Of a stretch of DNA of 64,000 nucleotides, positions 45,565 to 53,148 are shown piece after piece. The notes beneath the pieces are model-generated. The model saw nothing but the letters and a program-made list of their open reading frames with translations, searched no databases and had not been told where the DNA came from. The stretch comes from an uncultured Veillonellaceae bacterium (GTDB lineage Bacteria; Bacillota; Negativicutes; UBA1444). Within the stretch, counting starts at the first letter, position 1, and each line of letters starts with the position of its first letter. Location: contig CAZRLN010000004.1 of NCBI GenBank assembly GCA_964601085.1, positions 13,614 through 77,613 of the forward strand, written 5' to 3'. The position numbers were made by a program, and so were the translations under genes.

Positions 45565-48500
45565 ATGACTGTACAATCGAACCTTTCCAAGCACATCTAT
45601 GACGGAAACGGAGTAACAACAGAATTCCCTTTCACGTTTCCAATCACGAACAAGTCCGACATTAAGGTATATATCCGGGATAATACCGGTACGCTCAGCC
45701 TGCTATCGTCCGGATACACAGTGAACTGGACGGATGGCGATGAGAGCGGAACCGTGACTTATCCGAGCGACACCAATGCCGATAAGTTGCCGACGGGAAG
45801 CAAGCTGGTACTGCTGCGGATTTGCGATTTGGTGCAGTTGCTGGATCTGTCCAATACGAACGGGTTTAAGCCTGGCGCGCTCGAAACCGCGCTGGACCTG
45901 TTGACGATGATCGTGCAGCAGGTGCGCGAAGAACTGGACCGCGCGGTAAAGATCCCGGTCGACTCCTCGGATTCGGTCGAAACGTTGATCGATGTCATCT
46001 CCGACTATGCGATCAGCCAGTCCGCTGCCAACGCCGCCAGGGCCGAACTGGCCCAGGGCGCAGCGGAAGATGCGCAGGAGATCACCGAGGCGGCGCGGGA
46101 TACAACGGTGGCGGCGAAAGATGACACCGTAGCGGCCAAAGACGTTACTGTAGCGGCCAAAGACGTTACTGTAGCGGCTGCCGAAAATGCGTTAGCTGCA
46201 ATTTTTGATATTGCATTCGCTACTAAAGCAATAGCAGATGCAGACTTGTCTCATGCTGCGGGTACAAAAGCGCTCATATACGCAGATAGTTCTGCTGCTA
46301 ATAACGGCCTATACATTAAAATTGGCGATGCCGGTGCGGGAAGCTGGGTAAAATCAGAATATGATCCGTTCTATGATGTCTGGCACAATCAAGTTTCGAT
46401 CATTTTATCTCCATCAGCAAATGGCGCAATTAGCTTGTCTAGCGTCGGATTGTCAGGATCCTACACTACTGTGTTTTCGTTGAGTAGTGGACTGTTTGTA
46501 AACTTCATCGGCGCTCATCAATCAATACCGTCTTTGAGCATATCTCTTAATAATTTGCAGTGCTGTTATTTGGACCTAGATACGTTTACATGGTCATCGG
46601 CGACGGAAATATCTGGTGTTAAGGATAAGCAACGCTTAATTGTTTTTGTTAATCTGTACGGGAGAATTTATTCGCCAATTCCGTCGGTTCAATCGCTGTT
46701 AGACTATGCACTAAGCCAATATAATCTTGTGACGGCGTCTGTTGGGTTCGACTCTGATGCTGGACGAACACTATTTAACAAACACATGGAGCTGGCATTT
46801 TCTCCGGTTTCGGGCGGAAGCGTAGTAATAAACAGCGTTGTTAGTAGCACTGTCAACCTAGATTTTCCTGCTGGATTTTTGTTCAACTTTGCGGAAAACT
46901 ATGGTTCGGTTCCGGCGTCTGCGGGATTATCGCTGGCAAATCTCGGGGTATTATACGCAGATATTACTTCTATGTCTGCAATCACATTGAGCACTGGTAC
47001 TGCGGCAACCGGAACGCAAACACTGAAAAGCAGCATCAATAAAGTAATTTTGGTCTTAAACGTATACGGAAAATTATTTAGCCCGATCCCATCTATTCAA
47101 AAACTACTATCAGAAGCAGAAGCATCATATACATATAATAATGCTTTATTGCTATATCAAAAGCAGGTAAATGTTGGGTTTGGTACGGTAAGCGGAAATC
47201 CAATAATAATTAATACGATCGCAGGCACAACAATCGGCTTAACCGTTCCGCAAAGCATTTTTACAAATTTTAAAGATGCCTGGGGATCGGTTCCTGCAAA
47301 AACAGCTACTTTGGAGAATACACAAGGGTTGTATATCGATACATCAAACTTATCAGCCATAACATGGTCTGATCCGGTCACTGTTACAAATGTCAAAACT
47401 TCGATTTATCGCGTTCTGGCAATATACAATTTTTACGGTAAATTGTATAGCCCAATCCCCGCGTTGCAAAAACTATTAACTGCGGCAGAAACCGCAGTAA
47501 GTACTACTACGGTTATAGTCGCTGCAGACGGTGGTGGAGACTATACTACCATTACCGCAGCTATTGCTGCGATCACCGACGCAAGATCAACAAAACAGTA
47601 CTTGCTAAAAATTAAAAATGGAACTTACAACGAGTGTAACATTGTCAATAAAAACTATATTAATTGGCGCGGAGAAAGCAGGGACGGTGTAATTATTCGC
47701 GCCGACGGAACTATTGACGAAGAAAAAACAATTGTCGAACAAGCGGGATTATTTGCCGAAACCACATGTCTAATAGAAAACATTACTCTTGACACCAATG
47801 ATACTAAATATTGCATCCACAACGATAGTCTTGCCTCTGGTTATGATGCGATATTTAGTAATTGCAGGTTTAGACACCGCGGTTGTACTGACCATAGCTA
47901 CTATAACCCCGTGGGTATCGGTGCCCGTGCGAATCAAAATAACAAGTTTGTAAATTGCGAGTTTGTTGCTGAAGACTCAACCGTGAGACCTGTGGCTGTT
48001 TATTGGCATAACTGGGATAAACGAACGGGCAGGGGAATTTTAGAGTTAACTGATTGCGTGGCGGTTGGATGTGATATTGCGTCGCTAGTAGAACTTGGAT
48101 CTGAGCAACCGGACGTAGCGATTATATCAAACTGCGCGAGCACCTTAATAGACGGACGGATTGCACTGTCGGCAATTGCTGACTACTACGGAGGAAACGT
48201 GGCTGATGTACCCTACTGTATCCAATTATGTATATCCGGATCTGTGCCGTTTATTGATATAAATCGGACGACTCGACCGGATATAACAAAGTATAATTTT
48301 CCGGGTGTTTATTTAGTGACAGCATTAAATAGCGGAGAATCAGCCATTGCTGCTGGATCTGGTGTTGCGTATGACTATGCCGGGTTCGCGGCAGGACAAA
48401 ACGCCGGGATACTGGCAACTAGCGGAACGATTGACGGAGTTTCCCAATACGACATTTTGGCTGGATCAGTTGGGTATATTGTACCGACCAAACACGCGGG

Positions 48501-48663
48501 ATATGTGCTTGCTACTGCAAATGATTATGCCGTTGGAAACTTGTTAAAATGCAACACCGACGGAACTTTCAGCGTTACTGCTGTACGAAGCGAGGCAGTT
48601 GCTGTAGTTTTATCCGCTATAAATTTAGTTGATAGCGGACTAATAAATGCATATTTGTTATAA
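45565..48663 (+). CDS. tail fibre/tailspike: T7 gp17-like N-terminal anchor, three internal repeats, pectinesterase-like beta-helix C-terminal domain
   Basis: N-terminal IYDGNGVTTEFPFTFPI...LVLLRICDLVQLLDL...ALDLLTMIVQQ (Phage_T7_tail pattern). C-terminal part has AADGGGDYTTITAAIAAI...KIKNGTYNE. Confidence 0.8.
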   Translation: MTVQSNLSKHIYDGNGVTTEFPFTFPITNKSDIKVYIRDNTGTLSLLSSGYTVNWTDGDESGTVTYPSDTNADKLPTGSKLVLLRICDLVQLLDLSNTNGFKPGALETALDLLTMIVQQVREELDRAVKIPVDSSDSVETLIDVISDYAISQSAANAARAELAQGAAEDAQEITEAARDTTVAAKDDTVAAKDVTVAAKDVTVAAAENALAAIFDIAFATKAIADADLSHAAGTKALIYADSSAANNGLYIKIGDAGAGSWVKSEYDPFYDVWHNQVSIILSPSANGAISLSSVGLSGSYTTVFSLSSGLFVNFIGAHQSIPSLSISLNNLQCCYLDLDTFTWSSATEISGVKDKQRLIVFVNLYGRIYSPIPSVQSLLDYALSQYNLVTASVGFDSDAGRTLFNKHMELAFSPVSGGSVVINSVVSSTVNLDFPAGFLFNFAENYGSVPASAGLSLANLGVLYADITSMSAITLSTGTAATGTQTLKSSINKVILVLNVYGKLFSPIPSIQKLLSEAEASYTYNNALLLYQKQVNVGFGTVSGNPIIINTIAGTTIGLTVPQSIFTNFKDAWGSVPAKTATLENTQGLYIDTSNLSAITWSDPVTVTNVKTSIYRVLAIYNFYGKLYSPIPALQKLLTAAETAVSTTTVIVAADGGGDYTTITAAIAAITDARSTKQYLLKIKNGTYNECNIVNKNYINWRGESRDGVIIRADGTIDEEKTIVEQAGLFAETTCLIENITLDTNDTKYCIHNDSLASGYDAIFSNCRFRHRGCTDHSYYNPVGIGARANQNNKFVNCEFVAEDSTVRPVAVYWHNWDKRTGRGILELTDCVAVGCDIASLVELGSEQPDVAIISNCASTLIDGRIALSAIADYYGGNVADVPYCIQLCISGSVPFIDINRTTRPDITKYNFPGVYLVTALNSGESAIAAGSGVAYDYAGFAAGQNAGILATSGTIDGVSQYDILAGSVGYIVPTKHAGYVLATANDYAVGNLLKCNTDGTFSVTAVRSEAVAVVLSAINLVDSGLINAYLL
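46129..46178 (+). repeat. 21-bp perfect tandem repeat (2.4 copies) in the fibre gene
   Basis: GTAGCGGCCAAAGACGTTACT x2 plus GTAGCGGC. Encodes TVAAKDV heptads. Confidence 0.9.
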
Positions 48664-48694
48664 CTAATCACAGCCTATAAATATATGAAAGGGC

Positions 48695-49393
48695 GTGGAG
48701 TATATGGCGAACAACAGAGTTTTCAATCCTATCACGGCAGCCTGGGAGTATCTCACAGGAACAAGGGGGGCAATGCGCACACAGAAACAACCGGTAACAG
48801 CCTACCATACCGGAACGGTCGGCGCCGACATCGCGGCGGAGGGAACCGGCGTCCGGATCATCAACGACACGGCAGAGCCGATCCTGGTGACAATCAACTC
48901 GATTGCGTTCTGGGTCAAGCAAAGCGAAGTGTTTGATGAGGACTTCAACCCATTCACCGCGATCACGATCGACCCGACCACATCACTGGGCACGCACCAG
49001 GTCGAGACGGCGACTCTCGCGGAAGGAGCCGTTACCACAGCCGGCGACATGGCGGTCATTATCACCGCTGCCGACCTGGCGGATTCGCCGAAAACGATTC
49101 TGATCCCGGTCACCACCGACGACGACACGCCGGCCAAGATCATGGACAAGGTGCGAACCGCGGTGGCGGCGGATGCGGATGTCGAAGCGCTATTCACGGT
49201 CAGCGGCGCGGATTCCGACCTAGTCCTGACCCGCGACAAGGTTCGAGCGATTGCGAACGATGCCACGCTGAACATCGATCTTGGCGGCACTGGCACGACT
49301 GCGGAAGGCATTACCCAGGCGGCGACTTCCGCGAATACTACAGCTGGCGTAGCGCCGACAGCAATCGGCTATCGCCTGTGGGTCAGGGGGTAA
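48695..49393 (+). CDS. hypothetical virion-associated protein (after the fibre gene)
   Basis: 232-aa Ala/Thr-rich ORF. The start is GTG 48695 or ATG 48704. No family recognised. Confidence 0.5.
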   Translation: MEYMANNRVFNPITAAWEYLTGTRGAMRTQKQPVTAYHTGTVGADIAAEGTGVRIINDTAEPILVTINSIAFWVKQSEVFDEDFNPFTAITIDPTTSLGTHQVETATLAEGAVTTAGDMAVIITAADLADSPKTILIPVTTDDDTPAKIMDKVRTAVAADADVEALFTVSGADSDLVLTRDKVRAIANDATLNIDLGGTGTTAEGITQAATSANTTAGVAPTAIGYRLWVRG

Positions 49394-49398
49394 TGTGA

Positions 49399-49602
49399 AT
49401 GGCAGCAAAGCGTGAGCATTGCCTGGACCACAGCGCCTGCGAGTCGCGGATCGGCCGCTTGGAGAAGAATCAGGACGAAGAGCTTTTTCCGCGTCTGCGG
49501 GATCTCGAAAAGTATGCATGGCAGCAGTCGGCCCGGACTGGTCTGATTACCGGGGCGGTGGTGCTGGCCGGGCAGGCGGTCATTCAACACTATTGGAAAT
49601 GA
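49399..49602 (+). CDS. small lysis-cassette membrane protein (XhlA-like architecture)
   Basis: 67 aa with an N-terminal coiled-coil-like part (RIGRLEKNQDE...LRDLEK) and a C-terminal TM helix. Confidence 0.35.
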   Translation: MAAKREHCLDHSACESRIGRLEKNQDEELFPRLRDLEKYAWQQSARTGLITGAVVLAGQAVIQHYWK

Positions 49603-49964
49603 TGGAGGGTGCGATGGAAACGAAACTTTTGCTGTTTGTAATGGCGCTGCTGATCGGCGCCAATCTGGTGGCGGCGCTATTGATCTGGGCCTATAAACGG
49701 ATCGTCAGCGCAAAGGCCAAGGATGTCCTAGAGAAGATCCTTTATTATCTGGATGAGTTCTGCGACAACGTTGAGCGGCCGGCCAGTCGCGCCCAGGTGA
49801 TCATGGCGCTGCAGTCAGTGCTGGGGTTCGGGATCGCCGGCAAGCGGATCTATCTGCCGACCGTGATCGTGGGCTGGATCCTGGACGCGGAGGTCAAAAT
49901 ATTGCGGTGGCTGCAGGTACCGGATCTGCACCAGCCGGATAAAGTTGAGGAGGTACAGCCATGA
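49599..49964 (+). CDS. putative holin
   Basis: N-terminal TM LLLFVMALLIGANLVAALLIWAY plus further hydrophobic segments. Start is ATG 49599 or ATG 49614 (GGAGGG RBS). Upstream of the lysins. Confidence 0.4.
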   Translation: MMEGAMETKLLLFVMALLIGANLVAALLIWAYKRIVSAKAKDVLEKILYYLDEFCDNVERPASRAQVIMALQSVLGFGIAGKRIYLPTVIVGWILDAEVKILRWLQVPDLHQPDKVEEVQP

Positions 49965-50107
49965 TCAGATGGATTATACGAATTTATTGCAACATGTTTG
50001 GGCACGATATTGACTGGGACACTGGCCAAAAAGATGAAACGGGCCGAATTTGGCAACAATGCAAACGATGCAAAGATTGGGTAACTGGGTTTGAAATGAA
50101 TAGCTAG
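49961..50107 (+). CDS. small Cys-containing protein (48 aa)
   Basis: ATGA overlap with the upstream stop. C...H...CKRC pattern. Confidence 0.35.
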   Translation: MIRWIIRIYCNMFGHDIDWDTGQKDETGRIWQQCKRCKDWVTGFEMNS

Positions 50108-50120
50108 GAGGATATCTACT

Positions 50121-50681
50121 ATGCGAATTTGTCTTGATCCGGGACACGACGGCGTGATCGATCCGGGCGCCATCGGCCAAGGTGGCACGATGGAATCTTC
50201 GGTGGCGCTGGCGGTGTGCCAATATACGCAAGAATTTTTGACGTCCAACGGGCACCAGGTAATGCTCACGCGATCGGCGCCGGACGCCGACGTGAATGAA
50301 CTGTCTGTCCGAACGGCGATGGCCCAGGAGTGGGGTGCGGATATCCTGGTATCCGTCCACTGTAATTCGTTTTCGGATCCGGAAGCGCACGGAACTGAAA
50401 TCTGGACCACGCGCGGGCAGGACGAATCGGACCGACTGGCGGCGGCAGTATTTGATGAAATCAAAAACAACTTCCCGCAGCTCGTCGCCCGAGTCGATAC
50501 ATCTGACGGCGACGACGACAAGGAAGCTGGATTCGCGGTCCTGAAAGGCGGCATGCCGTCTTGTCTGGTCGAGCTGGCGTTCATTTCGAATCCCGAGGAA
50601 GAGTTGCTATTGAATAACCCGGCATATCAAAAATTGTTTGGTTATGCGATCGCAACGGGCATTCAGAGGTACGCGGGATGA
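50121..50681 (+). CDS. N-acetylmuramoyl-L-alanine amidase (Amidase_3 type endolysin)
   Basis: ICLDPGHDG...ADILVSVHCNS...AHGTEIW...GFAVLKG...ELAFISN. Confidence 0.88.
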   Translation: MRICLDPGHDGVIDPGAIGQGGTMESSVALAVCQYTQEFLTSNGHQVMLTRSAPDADVNELSVRTAMAQEWGADILVSVHCNSFSDPEAHGTEIWTTRGQDESDRLAAAVFDEIKNNFPQLVARVDTSDGDDDKEAGFAVLKGGMPSCLVELAFISNPEEELLLNNPAYQKLFGYAIATGIQRYAG

Positions 50682-51196
50682 AAAAAGGTTTTGCTTTTGT
50701 AATGATCTTTGTGCTGGTGGCGGCGCTCATGAGCGTCGCCCTGGCCGCCCCGCAAACAAAAACCGATCTGTGTCTGCTGCGGCTGGAGCCGTATGTCGAC
50801 ATCGTGCAGGACGCCGGACTTTACCCGTCGGTCTATCTCGCGCAGGCGCTGCTGGAGACGGGGCACTGTTCCAGCCCCGCCGTCGGCTACAATAATTTTT
50901 GGGGGATCAAATGCAGGTCGGACCTTTGCTTCGCGAAAGATACCTGGGAGGTTTACGACGGGAAGCGGTGGGATGGCAAGAAACTGTTCCAGATCTTTTA
51001 TTCCGCCCGCGCCGGCACGGAGGCATATTGCCGAAAAATCCTATGGCAGCCCGAATATAAGAATGTCGATTTTTCCAGCCGCGACCGTTTTATTGATACG
51101 ATGGCCAAGGTTTGGGCGCTGGATCTGGGCTATGCCGGCAAGCTGCGGGGTATTATCCAGCGGTACAACCTGACAAAATATGATCGGAGGGAATAA
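50678..51196 (+). CDS. secreted glucosaminidase-family peptidoglycan hydrolase (second lysin)
   Basis: Signal peptide MKKGFAFVMIFVLVAALMSVALA. Motif YPSVYLAQALLETGHCSS...NNFWGIK (glucosaminidase/FlgJ type). Confidence 0.8.
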   Translation: MKKGFAFVMIFVLVAALMSVALAAPQTKTDLCLLRLEPYVDIVQDAGLYPSVYLAQALLETGHCSSPAVGYNNFWGIKCRSDLCFAKDTWEVYDGKRWDGKKLFQIFYSARAGTEAYCRKILWQPEYKNVDFSSRDRFIDTMAKVWALDLGYAGKLRGIIQRYNLTKYDRRE

Positions 51197-51197
51197 G

Positions 51198-51734
51198 GTG
51201 TGTGGGCGAAATATAAACCTTATCTTATCGGCGCTCTTGTTCTCGTTGTTGTGTTTGGCGCCGGGTTTGTGCTCGGCCGCTCCGGAGACAATAACAATGA
51301 CGATGGCCGAAGCGCAGCAATTTCAGGACAGCTTCGAGAGGCAGTTGCAAATAATCAGCGACTTGCAGCTAAGAATGCGGAACTCGAACGAATTAATAAC
51401 GAGCTTGGAGAAAAGATTGCAGCAATCGAATCTGAAAGCGCAGAGCTTAGAGTCGAACTCGAAGCAAGCCAAAGAGATGCAGCTGCAACAGCAGAAAATA
51501 ATCGCAGAATTGAAGTCGGATTACAAGAAGCAAGAGACCTTACTGAATCAGACCTTGGCCGAATTCGCGCGATACGTGAAAGAGCACCGGCAGCGGCGAA
51601 ATAATATCGGGATCTACGGTAACACCACCTCTGCCGGAGTGTTCGTCATGCATGATCGGCTGATGATTTCGGTCGGGCAAAAATGGACCGGCGGGCTGGA
51701 GGCCGGCGCCGGCGTTGTCGTGGTGGCGTGGTAA
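51198..51734 (+). CDS. secreted coiled-coil protein with beta-rich C-terminus ending in Trp (spanin-like candidate, frame A)
   Basis: ORF 51180-51734. GTG 51198 lies 6 nt after GGAGGG. Signal-like LILSALLFSLLCLAPGLCSA. G/C-ending codons like the rest of the phage. Confidence 0.5.
   Translation: MCGRNINLILSALLFSLLCLAPGLCSAAPETITMTMAEAQQFQDSFERQLQIISDLQLRMRNSNELITSLEKRLQQSNLKAQSLESNSKQAKEMQLQQQKIIAELKSDYKKQETLLNQTLAEFARYVKEHRQRRNNIGIYGNTTSAGVFVMHDRLMISVGQKWTGGLEAGAGVVVVAW
51200..51604 (+). CDS. type-II membrane coiled-coil protein (i-spanin-like candidate, frame B, fully overlapping frame A)
   Basis: GTG 51200 lies 8 nt after the same GGAGGG. N-terminal TM YLIGALVLVVVFGAGFVLG, then a heptad-rich region. 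First codon positions are G-rich but third positions are A/T-rich. Confidence 0.4.
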   Translation: MWAKYKPYLIGALVLVVVFGAGFVLGRSGDNNNDDGRSAAISGQLREAVANNQRLAAKNAELERINNELGEKIAAIESESAELRVELEASQRDAAATAENNRRIEVGLQEARDLTESDLGRIRAIRERAPAAAK

Positions 51735-51743
51735 TTAAAGAGC

Positions 51744-51769
51744 TGACACAGATTTTGACACAGAATGTA
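51744..51769 (+). repeat. paired TGACACAG motifs, candidate integrase arm-type sites, attR side
   Basis: TGACACAGATTTTGACACAGAATGTACC, matching 11683-11708. Confidence 0.55.
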
Positions 51770-51885
51770 CCAAAACGGGTCGGACGCGAGGCGGAACATC
51801 AACAATGGGTTTTCTGCAAAATTACACTATCAACGCGGCTTCGCCCCAATAAAATCAATGCGTTTTCAGCTATTTAACTGATGCT

Positions 51886-51936
51886 TTGACATCGAAGAGG
51901 TCTGCGGTTCGAGTCCGCCTAACCCCACCAACGCAA
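51886..51936 (+). repeat. attR core: displaced 3' half of tRNA-Val (51-bp direct repeat)
   Basis: Identical to 11585-11635. Confidence 0.9.
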
Positions 51937-51941
51937 ACATT

Positions 51942-51975
51942 AGACTTCCGGGATTTTCTCGGGAGTCTTTTTTTG
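51942..51975 (+). terminator. original host tRNA-Val terminator, now separated from the tRNA by the prophage
   Basis: AGACTTCCG / CGGGAGTCT stem (one G-U pair) followed by T7. Confidence 0.7.
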
Positions 51976-52269
51976 ATTTTTATGTTTTATCATTTTTTGT
52001 CTTCTTCGCGAAAGATGAATCCTGTTACAATTCATAGCGGTGGCAGGATACTGTGAGTGGATACTGTTTAATATATTGGACCATTTGCCAAAAAATTGAA
52101 GGAAATTTGTAAACAAGAAAGAATATATCATTTGATGGTATTGTTTAATCAGTAACCCTTAATTGTCTTTTGATCGCGGACGGAGGATCGCGATTCAATT
52201 CTTTTCCGGACCAGCGTAGTTTTTCAATAACGGGAGCTGGAGCAAGATCATGGCAGGAGGACGAGAGGA

Positions 52270-53133
52270 ATGTTCAAGTTCGTGTTGATATTGCTTGTCG
52301 TACTTGCACTTGTTACTTGCGGTTGTACCAATAACCAGGAAAGTGTGGCTGTTAACCAAGGAAAACCGGACGCGTCGCCCGCCGCGAAATTTGCGAATCG
52401 GTTCATTGTGGCCGGGTCTGGGACGAATCTTCCTATAACCGAACAATTGGCTGTGGCTTATCGGAAAAAGACCGGCAGCAAGATCGAAGTGCCGAAAAGT
52501 ATCGGCTCGGATGGCGCTGTCAAAGCGGTTCAAGACGGTACAATCAGTTTGGGCCTCGTGTCGCGGCCATTAACGAATGCAGAGCAAGCCGCCGGGCTAA
52601 AAACAATCCAATACGCGCGGGTCGGAATCGTGTTTGCGGTTCACCCGTCCGTTCGGGAGGACAATGTTACCTTTGAAGAGATTTTGCAGATGCATCGCGC
52701 CCAAAAGAGCGTATGGGCTGACGGAACTCGGATCAAAGTACTGATCCGCAATGTCCATGACAGTTCGAATCAGATTTTATTTTCAATGATCCCGGGATTT
52801 AGGCGGATGATTGAGGAATCGTTGGCTGAGAATCGCTGGCCCATCATGTACCATGATGTGGAGATGTCTGATTCATTACGGGCCAAGGCCGGAACTTTTG
52901 GCCACACGGATACAACCTCGATCAAAATATTCGGCGGAATCAAGGCATTATCGCTAAATGGGATCGAACCGACGCCGGAGAATGTGCGGAGCGGGCGGTA
53001 CCCTTGGGTAAAAGAACTATCTTTTCTGTATAAGGGCGAATTATCCGACCAAGCAAAAAGGTTTGTCGAATATGTCCTGTCTTCTGAGGGGAGGACGATT
53101 GTTGAGGCGAACGGTGGCGTTGGAACGCGGTAA
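52270..53133 (+). CDS. periplasmic substrate-binding protein (PstS/PBP-like_2 type)
   Basis: Lipoprotein-like N-terminus LVTCGC. FIVAGSGTNLPITEQLA...IGSDGAVKAVQDGTISLGLVSRPL. Confidence 0.7.
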   Translation: MFKFVLILLVVLALVTCGCTNNQESVAVNQGKPDASPAAKFANRFIVAGSGTNLPITEQLAVAYRKKTGSKIEVPKSIGSDGAVKAVQDGTISLGLVSRPLTNAEQAAGLKTIQYARVGIVFAVHPSVREDNVTFEEILQMHRAQKSVWADGTRIKVLIRNVHDSSNQILFSMIPGFRRMIEESLAENRWPIMYHDVEMSDSLRAKAGTFGHTDTTSIKIFGGIKALSLNGIEPTPENVRSGRYPWVKELSFLYKGELSDQAKRFVEYVLSSEGRTIVEANGGVGTR

Positions 53134-53148
53134 GGCGGGAAAGGCGGG

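Larger units (their letters stand above)
11585..51936. mobile_element. integrated temperate phage (prophage), about 40.3 kb
   Basis: Bracketed by the 51-bp repeat. Integrase lies next to attL, with complete lysogeny, replication, packaging, virion and lysis modules inside. Confidence 0.9.

Noticed and set aside
27767-49393. A diversity-generating retroelement, considered because several head proteins resemble those of Bordetella phage BPP-1.
   Set aside because: No ORF has reverse-transcriptase motifs. I found no template/variable repeat pair near the fibre genes, and no C-type-lectin-like C-terminus was recognised.
51940-52131. A 63-aa minus-strand ORF in the AT-rich region right of attR.
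   Set aside because: It has no ribosome binding site and overlaps the host tRNA terminator. Its sequence is low-complexity and Lys/Phe/Ile-rich, as expected from AT-rich non-coding DNA.
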